NCBI GenBank assembly: GCA_016840165.1
Contig: JAEOSU010000070.1
Coordinates: 1-64,000, forward strand
DNA length: 64,000 bases
Reading direction: 5' to 3'
DNA from: Promethearchaeota archaeon
GTDB lineage: Archaea > Asgardarchaeota > Lokiarchaeia > Sigyniarchaeales > SOKP01
Numbering within the stretch: the first letter of the stretch is position 1; every line of letters begins with the position of its first letter. Shown piece after piece: positions 38,797 through 48,720 of this stretch. Below the pieces are notes generated by a model. The model had not been told where the DNA came from. It saw only the letters and a program-made list of their open reading frames with translations, and made no database searches. The translations under genes were made by a program, and so were the position numbers.

Positions 38797-39462
38797 TTAA
38801 AACAATTTTGATAATTTCACAAGATCAATGGGTCCTTTAATATTGATTAAACTGACTAAATTTTTATCTATGGGTTGTATTTTCTCTTCTACAGAAACAT
38901 AATTGATGTTCCAACTTTTATCGATTAAATTCATTAATCCATAATTTTCATTCGTCAAAATTTCTTTTGCCTTTTGTAATCCTTTTTTAACAGGATAGAT
39001 AGATAAATATGGTTCTAAAAATCCATTTTTCCAGCGTGGAATAACGCATTCATAGCCCTCCGCTTGGTCAATCATAAGCGTAATAACTTCAGGCCTAATT
39101 AAAGGTATATCACAAGAGAAGAGAAAGGCTTTTTTAAAGTTCGCTCTCGATAACTCTTGAAATCCTGAAAAAATTCCAAGCATAGGTTTATATATATTCG
39201 GATGTTGAAATAAACTGCGGTCATCGACAATAAATGTGACCGCTTTAGGAAATTCGATTTCTTTTCTATATTGAAAGATTTGTTCTTCTGAATGGGCAAC
39301 CAGAAAAATATCTTGATCAAATTTTGCTAATGTCTCTATTTGATGTAAAATTAAAGGTTTCCCTAACAATTCTACTATTGCTTTCTCTGTTCCAAAACGA
39401 GTGCTTTTACCTCCAACTAATATTAAAATAGCTAAATCCTTTGAGTTATTTTCGTCAGCCAT
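38797..39462 (-). CDS. mobA: Molybdenum cofactor guanylyltransferase
   Basis: ILVGGKSTRFGTEKA, PMLGI, SCDIP, LEP..Y and NI..P.DL motifs. Confidence 0.85.
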   Translation of the reverse strand: MADENNSKDLAILILVGGKSTRFGTEKAIVELLGKPLILHQIETLAKFDQDIFLVAHSEEQIFQYRKEIEFPKAVTFIVDDRSLFQHPNIYKPMLGIFSGFQELSRANFKKAFLFSCDIPLIRPEVITLMIDQAEGYECVIPRWKNGFLEPYLSIYPVKKGLQKAKEILTNENYGLMNLIDKSWNINYVSVEEKIQPIDKNLVSLINIKGPIDLVKLSKLF

Positions 39463-39596
39463 AACATTAAATATAAATAATTCGAATATATTTGTTTTGA
39501 ATAAAGAAGAAGCGTTTGAAAAAATTTTTTCTTAATTTACTCTTAGGATATATGAATCAAAGAGGGAATATTTGATAGACTTATAACATAATATTG

Positions 39597-39782
39597 TTAA
39601 TAATCATCATCTATATCGTCGTCATCGTCAATATCTTCATCCCAATCCTCGTCCTCATCCTCGTAATCATCATCGAAATCACCATCATTATCTTCATCCC
39701 AATCCTCGTCATCATCGATATCTTCATCCCAATCTTCATCGTCTTCATCTTTCTCCATATCAAGATCATATTCTAGCTCCAT
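39597..39782 (-). CDS. Hyper-acidic low-complexity peptide (61 aa)
   Basis: ATG at 39782 after GGAGA gives MELEYDLDMEKDEDDEDWDEDIDDDEDWDEDNDGDFDDDYEDEDEDWDEDIDDDDDIDDDY. Mixed GAT/GAC/GAA/GAG codons argue for coding. Confidence 0.7.
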   Translation of the reverse strand: MELEYDLDMEKDEDDEDWDEDIDDDEDWDEDNDGDFDDDYEDEDEDWDEDIDDDDDIDDDY

Positions 39783-40163
39783 ATCTTTCTCTCCTTTTTT
39801 TTTTATTCTTTTAGTATTATTAAAGTTATTATAATCAATTACAATAAAAATCAATATCAATATTTAAATATTTCTATATAAACTAGCGATTTTTAAAGTG
39901 TATTCCCTATTGTAGACTTACAAAAACTTTAAATAGAATTATAGGTATAATATTGTTTAATAAATCTAATAAAATTAAATAGATTTGTTATCAAAAAATA
40001 AAGCCAAAAAAGGAAAATAGAAAAAACTGTTGATGAGAGAGATACTTTACATAATTTTATTAATTTTTAGGCAAAGATTGTCTTATTCTATTGACATTTT
40101 TGTAAATCTGATTTTTTAAAAGTTTATGTATTTAAAATTACAAATTTAAATTAGCAAGAATAG

Positions 40164-42101
40164 ATGACAGAAAAACTAAATATTAATACATTGGGGAAAA
40201 AAAATCCTATTCGTAATCTGAATAACAAACCCATTTGTTTAGGTCCTATCGCAGATTTAGAGGAATATGTGAAAAAAGATTGGTGGAAAAAGATCTTTAA
40301 TGCATATTACTTAAAGACTGACGGGGATGTGGTTGAGGATCAATTAATTACAGAGCATGAAATTAGAATCTTTTCAGATATACTGAAATTGAAACCAGAA
40401 GAGCATATTTTAGATCTATGCTGCGGTCAAGGGCGACATAGTATTGAATTAGCAAGAAAAAGTTTTGAAAATGTTGAGGGTTTAGATAGATCCCATTATT
40501 TAATTCAGAAAGCGCGTGTTAATGCCAAAAAGAATGGTTTAATTTGCAAATTTCGTGAGGGGGATGCAAGAAAACTTCCTTATATCACTGATAATTTTGA
40601 TACTATCATGATCTTAGGTAATAGTTTTGGTTATTTTGAATCAATTAATGATGATTTTCGTGTATTAAAAGAGTCATTTCGAGTACTTAAACCATGGGGA
40701 AGAATTCTAATCGATATTACTGATGGAACTTATCTACGGAATAATTTCCAACAGCGTTCTTGGGAATGGATAGATAAGAATTTTTTTGTTTGTCGAGAAC
40801 GTTCCTTGTCTATGGATAAGCAACGATTGATCTCACGAGAGGTAATTACCCATGTAAATAAAGGAGTACTTGTCGATCAATTCTATGCTGAAAGATTATA
40901 TTCAATTGAAGAGATTACTGAAATTTTAGAAAAAGCAGGATTTAGCGAGATAACTTTTCACGGTAATTTATCACCCAATTCGCAGAAAGATCAAGATTTA
41001 GGGATGATGGAACAAAGAATTATTGTATCTGCTGTTGTTAAGAAAGAATGGACTCAAAAAGCTAAGAGATTACGAGCAGTTGATAAAAATATAATAGTTC
41101 TACTTGGAGATCCCCATAAACCTGATATTTTAAAGCCTTCTACTATTTTTGATGATGATGACTTTTACACTATTACACAATTAAAAGCAGCCCTTCAAGA
41201 GTTGAAAGGATATAATTTTATTTATATTGACAATCATGACATATTGATACAGGAATTGACCAAATTAAAAGGAAAAGTGGATTATGTATTTAATTTATGC
41301 GATGAGGGTTACTTTAATGACGCTTGTAAAGAACTACATATTCCTGCAATATTAGATATCTTGAAATATCAATATACGGGTTCTGGTCCTCAATGTTTAG
41401 CATTCTGTTATGATAAGTCTTTAGTTCGAGGCGTTGCAAAAGATTTAAACGTTCCCGTTCCTGAAGCGATTGTTTTGAAGCCAACTGATAAAATTATTGA
41501 TCTACCCTTATATTTTCCTGCAATTGTAAAGCCAAATTATGGTGATAGCTCCTATGGTATTACACAAGCCAATGTAGTGTCGAATGGGGAAGAATTACTA
41601 AATGCTGTACGTGATATCAGAGACAGGTTTGGTTATAACAATTCCATTCTAATAGAACAGTATTTAACAGGTAAAGATTTAACCATCGGAATCATTGGCA
41701 ACCCACCGTACGAGTATGTTGTTCTGCCAATACTGGAAGAAGATTATTCCTCATTACCTTCGGGATTACCTAAAATTTGCGGGTATGAGGCAAAATGGCT
41801 TCCTGATTCACCTTATTGGAACCTAAAGTCTATTCAAGCAGAACTTAAGCCAGAAGTTGTAGAAATTATTGAATCATGCTCCTTAAGACTTTTTGAACGA
41901 CTGGAATGCAAGGATTATGCCCGATTTGACTGGAGACTAGATTCTGAGGGAAATCCGAAGCTACTTGAAGTTAATCCCAATCCTGGTTGGTGTTGGGATG
42001 GGCATCTCGCAAAGATGGCAAAATATGCCGGAATGTCATATAAGGATATGCTTCAAAATATTCTTGAGGCAGCCGAGAAAAGATATGGAATAGAGAAATA
42101 G
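40164..42101 (+). CDS. Class I SAM methyltransferase fused to Ddl-like ATP-grasp ligase
   Basis: LDLCCGQGRHS, GDARKLP and LGNSFGYF motifs, followed by VFNLCDEG, YTGSGP, IVKP..GDSSYGI, IEQYL, YARFD and LEVNPNPG. Confidence 0.88.
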   Translation: MTEKLNINTLGKKNPIRNLNNKPICLGPIADLEEYVKKDWWKKIFNAYYLKTDGDVVEDQLITEHEIRIFSDILKLKPEEHILDLCCGQGRHSIELARKSFENVEGLDRSHYLIQKARVNAKKNGLICKFREGDARKLPYITDNFDTIMILGNSFGYFESINDDFRVLKESFRVLKPWGRILIDITDGTYLRNNFQQRSWEWIDKNFFVCRERSLSMDKQRLISREVITHVNKGVLVDQFYAERLYSIEEITEILEKAGFSEITFHGNLSPNSQKDQDLGMMEQRIIVSAVVKKEWTQKAKRLRAVDKNIIVLLGDPHKPDILKPSTIFDDDDFYTITQLKAALQELKGYNFIYIDNHDILIQELTKLKGKVDYVFNLCDEGYFNDACKELHIPAILDILKYQYTGSGPQCLAFCYDKSLVRGVAKDLNVPVPEAIVLKPTDKIIDLPLYFPAIVKPNYGDSSYGITQANVVSNGEELLNAVRDIRDRFGYNNSILIEQYLTGKDLTIGIIGNPPYEYVVLPILEEDYSSLPSGLPKICGYEAKWLPDSPYWNLKSIQAELKPEVVEIIESCSLRLFERLECKDYARFDWRLDSEGNPKLLEVNPNPGWCWDGHLAKMAKYAGMSYKDMLQNILEAAEKRYGIEK

Positions 42102-42132
42102 TTTAATTTAATCATGTTTTTTATATGGTTAT

Positions 42133-43428
42133 ATGGATCTAATTCTTTTAATATTCATTTTTATTATATTTGGAATCATATTAATTAGTTATTCCTCAAA
42201 AAATATAGATTTCGTTGCGATTTCTCTTTTAGGATGCTTTTTAGCGGGATTTATCACCGGTGTCGTGTACAATCTATCTTTTTGGGATTTTATTAATTTT
42301 ATAGAATTTGATGCAATTATTATTATTTTAAGTATGAGTATTATTACAAAGATTGCACAAGATTCAAATATTTTAGAATATTTGGCTGTTAAGCTCTTTA
42401 AAGTTTCAAAAGGTAATCGAAGAGTATTTCTTTATATGATTTGTTTTATCACCACGATTCTTGCGGCGATTATAAATGATGTGATTGTAGTATTGATTTT
42501 AGGTCCCGTGGTGATACGTTTATGTCGATTTTTAAAGATTAGATCCGGTACATATTTGCTGGGAATGACGATATGCATAAATATAGGTAGTATTATAACA
42601 CCTTTCTCAAGCGGAGAAAATATTATTATTTCTACTGCTTTTTCATTAGATACTGTCTATTTTATAACTAATTATTGGATTTTTTCATTTTTCCTCTTGT
42701 TTATTACTATCTATCTCATAGATAGATTTATTTTAAGAAAAGAACCCGCGATTGAAGAACAACAAAAGCAATTTGTTTTAGAACTAGTAAATACAGATGT
42801 AATGATCTCTAATCGCAAGATGTTCTATATAAATAGCATTGGAATCATAGTTACAATTGTACTTTTTGCTATTTTACCATTATTATACCTTACTGCGGCT
42901 TTCGCGGCTTTTACCTTAGCGTTAATTAACATTAAATTTACCAAAAAGAAAACAATTGACCTATTGAAAGATGTAGAATGGGAAATCATTTTTTTCTTTA
43001 TATCTTTATATGTAGTAATTGGATGTTTATTAGAAGCAGGCTTTGAAGAACTTTTTACAGGTATTCCTTTTGGGACATTAGATCCATTCATAGTAAGCTT
43101 TATTATTCTACTACTTGTAAGCTTAATTTCTGGTTTTGTTGCCAACACTCCAACAGCTTTGATTTTTATTCCTATTGTCTCATTATTAATTAATGAGGGA
43201 TTTCCCTCTGTTCCTTTATTTTTCGCATTTATAATAAGTATTAATCTCGGAGGCAATCTAATACCACAAGGAGCTGCTTGTGACATGATGACCTTAAAAA
43301 TCGCACAAAATAATGCTGTAGAAAATCTCAATTTCAAGCGCCTTTTAAAAGTAGGAGCCACATTTGCAATTATCCATGTTGGACTATCAATAGGTTATTT
43401 ATTTCTCTTAACATTATTCACAGGATAA
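42133..43428 (+). CDS. SLC13/ArsB/P-protein family permease
   Basis: AIINDV, NIGSIITPFSSGENII, SGFVANTP and NLGGNLIPQGAA motifs. Confidence 0.88.
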   Translation: MDLILLIFIFIIFGIILISYSSKNIDFVAISLLGCFLAGFITGVVYNLSFWDFINFIEFDAIIIILSMSIITKIAQDSNILEYLAVKLFKVSKGNRRVFLYMICFITTILAAIINDVIVVLILGPVVIRLCRFLKIRSGTYLLGMTICINIGSIITPFSSGENIIISTAFSLDTVYFITNYWIFSFFLLFITIYLIDRFILRKEPAIEEQQKQFVLELVNTDVMISNRKMFYINSIGIIVTIVLFAILPLLYLTAAFAAFTLALINIKFTKKKTIDLLKDVEWEIIFFFISLYVVIGCLLEAGFEELFTGIPFGTLDPFIVSFIILLLVSLISGFVANTPTALIFIPIVSLLINEGFPSVPLFFAFIISINLGGNLIPQGAACDMMTLKIAQNNAVENLNFKRLLKVGATFAIIHVGLSIGYLFLLTLFTG

Positions 43429-43438
43429 TGAAAGAGAT

Positions 43439-44635
43439 CTAACTTTTCTCTTCTTTAAGAGGAGAGAGTTTCCTTAATCGTTGGACAATGGGAGGAAGTT
43501 TTTCAAGAAAATAGTTAATCTCCTCTTCGGTAGTAAACCTACCCAAGGTAATTCTTAGCGAACCATGTGCATCTTGGGGTTTTAGTCCAATAGCGAGTAA
43601 TACGTGTGATGGTTCTAATGATTTCGAAGAACATGCAGAACCTGTAGATACTCCAATCCCTTCAAAGTCTAAATCTAATACCATTGATTCTCCTTCAATA
43701 TATTGAATCGAAACGTTCACATTATTTGGAAGGCGCTTTGTAGGATGTCCATTTAGGAAACAATGATCAATATTTTCAGTAAGGTTATGTATAATTTTAT
43801 CCCTTAGAGCAGTTAATCGCTTAATTTCTTCAGGCATTTCTTTTTTTGCTAAATCTAAAGCTTTCACAAAAGCAGATATTCCTGGTACATTAACAGTGCT
43901 CGGACGTAAGTCTCCCTCATGACCTCCACCATACATTAATGGTTGGATATATTTTCCTCTTCCTTCTCGAATGCCTTTATTTCGGATATACAACATACCC
44001 ACTCCTTTTGGACCATAAATTTTATGGGCGGAAGCAGATAATAAGTCAATATTTAACTTATTTACATCAATTGGTATTTTTCCTAATGCTTGAACAGCAT
44101 CGGTATGAAAAATAATATTATGCTCTTTAGCAATTGTTCCAATCTCTTTAATTGGCTCTATAGTTCCAATTTCATTATTAGCAAACATAATACTTATAAG
44201 AATCGTCTTATCAGTGATGGTATCTTCTAATTGCTTCGTATCGATTAATCCATATTTATCGACCGGCAAAAAAGTAATTTCGAAACCATTTTTCTCCAAA
44301 TATTCGCAAGGCTTCTCGATCGCATGATGCTCAATAGAGCTGGTGATAATATGATTACCATGCCTTCTATTCTTTAATGCCACTCCCATTATAGCTAAAT
44401 TATCTGATTCAGTACCTGAAGACGTGAAAAAAATATCATTCCGCTCTGCATTTATTAAAGAAGCAACAAGTTCACGTGATTCAACTAAACTTTTTGCAGC
44501 TTTTTGACCCATCGAGTGCAAACTCGAGGAATTGCCATAATATTCATTTATACTATTTTTGTAGACCTCTATAACCTGGGGATCCATAGGTGTAGTTGCC
44601 GCATAATCTAAATACACATATTTGGACTCATTCAC
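43439..44635 (-). CDS. iscS: Cysteine desulfurase IscS/NifS-type (MisS)
   Basis: YLDYAATTP, SGTESDN, EHHA, HTDAVQ, SAHKIYGPKG and STGSACSS motifs. Confidence 0.95.
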   Translation of the reverse strand: MNESKYVYLDYAATTPMDPQVIEVYKNSINEYYGNSSSLHSMGQKAAKSLVESRELVASLINAERNDIFFTSSGTESDNLAIMGVALKNRRHGNHIITSSIEHHAIEKPCEYLEKNGFEITFLPVDKYGLIDTKQLEDTITDKTILISIMFANNEIGTIEPIKEIGTIAKEHNIIFHTDAVQALGKIPIDVNKLNIDLLSASAHKIYGPKGVGMLYIRNKGIREGRGKYIQPLMYGGGHEGDLRPSTVNVPGISAFVKALDLAKKEMPEEIKRLTALRDKIIHNLTENIDHCFLNGHPTKRLPNNVNVSIQYIEGESMVLDLDFEGIGVSTGSACSSKSLEPSHVLLAIGLKPQDAHGSLRITLGRFTTEEEINYFLEKLPPIVQRLRKLSPLKEEKS

Positions 44636-44749
44636 GATTCATCACTATAAGTATTAATTAATATTAAATTCACTTATATTCTTAAAATTAATATTAGATT
44701 TTATATTGTTAATATAATTCTTATAAAAATATTTTAAAAGGGAAAACAT

Positions 44750-45304
44750 ATGTTTAAGCTCTTATGGGGAATTACAGGAACTGGATATGTATTAGATGAA
44801 TCTATTGCCCTCATGGAAGATTTACAGAGCAATCATGAGATAAATATCACGGTAATACTTTCAAAGGAAGGAGCCGCAGTGGTTAAATGGTATAAAAAAT
44901 GGTTAAAATTGACTGAAACAGTCAAGAAAGTATCCATCGAGAAAACACCTAATATTCCGTTTTATGCGGGACCGGCGCAGATTGGAAAGTTCGATTTTTT
45001 TCTCGTATGTCCAGTATCCGCGAATAGTGTTGCCAAGATAGTATATGGACTTGCTGATACGTTAATTACTAATTGTGTTGCCCAGGCGATTAAGGGAGGC
45101 CAAAAAGTATACATTTTTCCCTCAGACCAAGATACTGAACCAATTGTGACTACTAGACCTGATGGAAGCCCATTAGTATTAAAGATTCGAGATATCGAGT
45201 TAGAAAACATCAAACGATTAAATCAATTGGAAGGTATCCATGTAATTTCCAACTTTTCTGAGATTAAAGAGCTTATTTTAGATGCACTCAAAGTAAAAGA
45301 ATAA
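44750..45304 (+). CDS. afpA: Archaeoflavoprotein AfpA-like (HFCD flavoprotein family)
   Basis: WGITGTG, CPVSANSVAKIVYGLADTLITN, PSD and LKIRDIELEN motifs. Confidence 0.75.
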   Translation: MFKLLWGITGTGYVLDESIALMEDLQSNHEINITVILSKEGAAVVKWYKKWLKLTETVKKVSIEKTPNIPFYAGPAQIGKFDFFLVCPVSANSVAKIVYGLADTLITNCVAQAIKGGQKVYIFPSDQDTEPIVTTRPDGSPLVLKIRDIELENIKRLNQLEGIHVISNFSEIKELILDALKVKE

Positions 45305-45306
45305 TC

Positions 45307-45334
45307 ACAGCATTGCTCAACATTAAAATGCTGT
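45307..45334. terminator. Inverted repeat between convergent genes
   Basis: ACAGCATT-N12-AATGCTGT fills the gap between the flavoprotein and ferredoxin stops. Confidence 0.35.
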
Positions 45335-45336
45335 AC

Positions 45337-45783
45337 TCATGATTTATACATTACTGGTTTAATAGCACCCTCAGGGCATAATAACTCGCATTTCAAACAT
45401 CCTTGACATTTTGCTATTTCTTTAAACTTGTATCGAATTCCAGTAATTTCTTTATCTCCCTTATGAATTTTTCCTAAATAAAACAAGTTTTTCGGACAGA
45501 ATTTACCACTATCTTCTAAACAAATACCGCACATATTGCATAATTCATGGTCAACTTTAATAGAAACAACCTGTTCTGGAACTGTCACGGAGGTGACTTC
45601 AATTGCATTGCGAGGACAGACAAGAACACAATTCAAACATGCCTTGCATTTCGAATAATCTACTTTTCTAATACTATTTTCGAAATAGATGGCTTCTGCC
45701 TTACAAGCTTTAACACAACGTTCGCAATGTAGACATAACTCTTGATTTATCTGAACGGGAACAAACTTTTCCTTAAAAGTAAT
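45337..45783 (-). CDS. Polyferredoxin (up to 4x[4Fe-4S])
   Basis: CLHCERCVKAC, CKACLNCVLVCP, CNMCGIC..CP and CQGCLKCELLCP motifs. The start is uncertain: ATG at 45867, or ATT at 45783 after GGAGG. Confidence 0.85.
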   Translation of the reverse strand: MTFKEKFVPVQINQELCLHCERCVKACKAEAIYFENSIRKVDYSKCKACLNCVLVCPRNAIEVTSVTVPEQVVSIKVDHELCNMCGICLEDSGKFCPKNLFYLGKIHKGDKEITGIRYKFKEIAKCQGCLKCELLCPEGAIKPVMYKS

Positions 45784-45912
45784 AACCTCCCATTTACTAA
45801 TCTGATTTAGAAAATAATTGATTAAAAATAAACTTAGATCTAATGTAATATAAATTAATAATATCATTTGATAAAAAATAGGAAAAAAAAAAATTTGGGA
45901 TACTTACACAGA

Positions 45913-46716
45913 TTATTGAAAATATTGAGTATAGCGTTCTTTAGGTTCTTGGGGTAATTGTTGCTGTCTCTGATATTGCTGAGCTTTTTCAGCCAACTCT
46001 AACATCTTAGCTTTAATCTCCTTCCCTTCTTCTATGAGCTTAGAAGTTTCTATATTTAAACTATAAATTTGATTCAATACTTCAATAATAGAAGCAGCAC
46101 CTTCCGGGGTAGGGATCTCTAATACCGGAGTAAATAGGGCATAAGCTCTTAGCTTATTAGTTAGAGCTTCATTAAGGATTGTAGCTTCAGGGCCAACAAT
46201 AATTCCCTTGTCTACTTTTTCCAAACCGTATTGCTCCAATCTGCCCATCACTTCCTCTTCAGCAGCATAATAGACAGGATAATCATCAATAATCCCTCTT
46301 TGGGGGATTCCCTGAAAAATTAAGACCTCTTTAGCTTTCACATCTTCTGATAATAACCAATTAGTTATTGTTTTGCTTAGATCATTATATGCCGTGGAAA
46401 CTTGAAATGGAACTTCTACAATTCCCACTATTAGATTATGCTGAGGAGAGTAATATAATCTGAATGGATGCTTTAAGACTCCCTGATAAAAAACAGAAAT
46501 TGGAGGAAGATATTCAGAGGTCACGAACCCAATTTCTTTAATATCTGGGATCTGTTCAATTAAAGCATTAGCTACGATAGGTCCGATTAATCCCACACCA
46601 GCAAATCCTAGTATCATAGTGGCTCCCTCCTTTATTTCAGTTTGTAAATCTTCGATGATCAGAGTGCTTCTTTTACCCTTTTCGCAAATATATTCCTTTT
46701 TAACCATAATCAACAC
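45913..46716 (-). CDS. Proteasome assembly chaperone family protein (PAC2/PbaB-like)
   Basis: GFAGVGLIGPIVA, LPP...HPFRLY, PTPEGAA and LIEEGKEI motifs; C-terminal YFQ. Confidence 0.85.
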   Translation of the reverse strand: MLIMVKKEYICEKGKRSTLIIEDLQTEIKEGATMILGFAGVGLIGPIVANALIEQIPDIKEIGFVTSEYLPPISVFYQGVLKHPFRLYYSPQHNLIVGIVEVPFQVSTAYNDLSKTITNWLLSEDVKAKEVLIFQGIPQRGIIDDYPVYYAAEEEVMGRLEQYGLEKVDKGIIVGPEATILNEALTNKLRAYALFTPVLEIPTPEGAASIIEVLNQIYSLNIETSKLIEEGKEIKAKMLELAEKAQQYQRQQQLPQEPKERYTQYFQ

Positions 46717-46922
46717 ATGTAATTAAATGAATTTTAGGATATCTATTTGATATAGATAAAAATTATTTTATTACTATACTTAGTGAATAATTCGCTATAA
46801 AATTTGATCTCTTATAAATATTCAATTTTATAACAGATATTAATAAAAATGATAAAATAAACTATTAAAAAATCAAAGAATTATAAATAATAGAATTATT
46901 CAATTATTTTAATAGGTGAAAA

Positions 46923-47720
46923 ATGCTTCTAGAACTTAGGAATGTAACTATTCCCACTGAAGACAAAAAATGTGTTATTGTAAACAATATTTCTTTCGGT
47001 ATTAAAGAAAAATCTATTCACGCTATAATTGGTCCAAATGGGTCAGGTAAAAGTACACTTGCTTACACCATTATGGGCTTAGAAAATTATAAGATAAGCC
47101 AAGGACAGATTTTGTTTGATGGGAAAGATATTTCTGATATGAATATCACCGAAAGGGCTAAATTAGGGATTACCTTAGCCTGGCAAGAACCTGCAAGAAT
47201 AGATGGTCTATCGGTATTGAAATATATTTCTTTAGGAATGAAAGATAAGTTAAATCTTGTAAAACAGGTAAGTGAAACTTTAAAAATTGTCAATTTAGAA
47301 CCAGAAAGATATATTAATCGAAAGATAGATGAATCCCTAAGTGGTGGTGAACGAAAACGTATAGAACTTGCTGCCGCAATCGCCATGAAACCACGATTAA
47401 TCATCCTTGATGAGCCAAGTGCTGGTTTGGACTTTATCGTTATCGAAGATTTTATGAATATCTTTGCGAAAATAAAAAAATTGGATATGACTGTACTTCT
47501 AATAACTCATCGTGAAGATGTGGGATTGGTAGCAGAATATGGTACTCTTCTTTGGCGAGGTGATCACATTATAACTGATGAATTTCCTAAAGTAATGCTT
47601 AGATATTGTGCTAAAGCAGGACTTCGAGAATTTTGTAAAAGAACTCTATATAAGAATGGTGCTGCTTGTTTTGACGAGGATTATATTGAAAGAATTTTTC
47701 GGGAGGAAAGTACATCATGA
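46923..47720 (+). CDS. sufC: SufC-like ATPase of the minimal SUF (SMS) system (SmsC)
   Basis: GPNGSGKST, GITLAWQEP, LSGGERKRIE and LDEP motifs; C-terminal Cys residues; overlaps the sufB start (ATGA). Confidence 0.9.
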   Translation: MLLELRNVTIPTEDKKCVIVNNISFGIKEKSIHAIIGPNGSGKSTLAYTIMGLENYKISQGQILFDGKDISDMNITERAKLGITLAWQEPARIDGLSVLKYISLGMKDKLNLVKQVSETLKIVNLEPERYINRKIDESLSGGERKRIELAAAIAMKPRLIILDEPSAGLDFIVIEDFMNIFAKIKKLDMTVLLITHREDVGLVAEYGTLLWRGDHIITDEFPKVMLRYCAKAGLREFCKRTLYKNGAACFDEDYIERIFREESTS

Positions 47721-48679
47721 GTAAAACTGAATATCCTGAAGAAATCTTACAAAGTCTTGAAGATTATAACATTGATATTCGAGATTTCATGCCAGGTCAT
47801 GGAAAAGGTGCCAAATTACTACTTAATTTCAACAAAATTTCCGGAATAGAACAAGTTGAGGGAATAATCTTACAAGGAAAGGAAATTCCAAATGGAATTA
47901 TTGCTGATGTTATAATCAAAAAGGGAACTAAACATGAGGAACCAATACATCTTTGTTTTGGTGTAAATAAAGAGTCGGGAATCCAAGAGATTTTTCCAAG
48001 AATTATCGCTGAAGATAATACCGATGTTAAAATTCAAGCACATTGTAGTTTTCCAAATGCAGATGGATTGATTCACAAAATGTTCGGTCATTTCTATGTA
48101 GGAAATAATTGTAATTTCGAATATAGCGAGACTCATTATCATGGAGAGAAGAGTGGAGCATTAGTTGCTCCAGTAGGTTATATGTATATCGGTGAGAATA
48201 GCGTTTTTGTTAATAATTTTAATTTGACGAAAGGTACTCCAGGTCAGGTAAAAATTCTAATTGATATCTATGCTATGAAAAACAGTGTGATAAAGTCAAA
48301 TATTAGAGCGTTCGGAAAAAATAAACATGATTCAATACGAATTCGAGATTCTGTATTCCTTGAAGGTGAAAGGGCAAGAAGCATTATAAAAATGAAAGCT
48401 GCAGCACGAGATGGTGGTGAAGTCTTGATGTATGGTGTAACAGAAGGAAATGCACCATATACAAATGGACATGTGGAGTGCAGCGAAATTGTTTTGGGGC
48501 AAGGTTCGATCTGTAGGGCACGTCCATTTATTAGAGCTACAGATCCCACATCAAGTGTTTCCCATGAAGCTTCTTTAGGAAGATTCCCTCAAAAATGGTT
48601 GAATGAGTTACAAGCAAAAGGTTTGACCGAAGAAGAGGCCACCGATATCTTAATCCAAGCAATGTTAGGTGAAGAGTAA
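47717..48679 (+). CDS. sufB: SufB/SufD family Fe-S scaffold (SmsB)
   Basis: PIHLCFG, AHCSFP, GHVECSEI and SHEASLG..L..KGL.EEEA motifs. Confidence 0.9.
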   Translation: MSKTEYPEEILQSLEDYNIDIRDFMPGHGKGAKLLLNFNKISGIEQVEGIILQGKEIPNGIIADVIIKKGTKHEEPIHLCFGVNKESGIQEIFPRIIAEDNTDVKIQAHCSFPNADGLIHKMFGHFYVGNNCNFEYSETHYHGEKSGALVAPVGYMYIGENSVFVNNFNLTKGTPGQVKILIDIYAMKNSVIKSNIRAFGKNKHDSIRIRDSVFLEGERARSIIKMKAAARDGGEVLMYGVTEGNAPYTNGHVECSEIVLGQGSICRARPFIRATDPTSSVSHEASLGRFPQKWLNELQAKGLTEEEATDILIQAMLGEE

Positions 48680-48720
48680 TAATTAATTAAATTTTGATTA
48701 ATATTAAAAAAAAGGTTTGA

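Noticed and set aside
39594-39776. 60-aa Ile/Val-rich ORF on the + strand
   Set aside because: It is the antisense shadow of the GAT/GAC-rich acidic peptide; the RBS supports the minus strand.
40164-42101. Calling this ddl (peptidoglycan synthesis)
   Set aside because: It is a methyltransferase fusion in an archaeal context with no mur genes; only the fold is shared.
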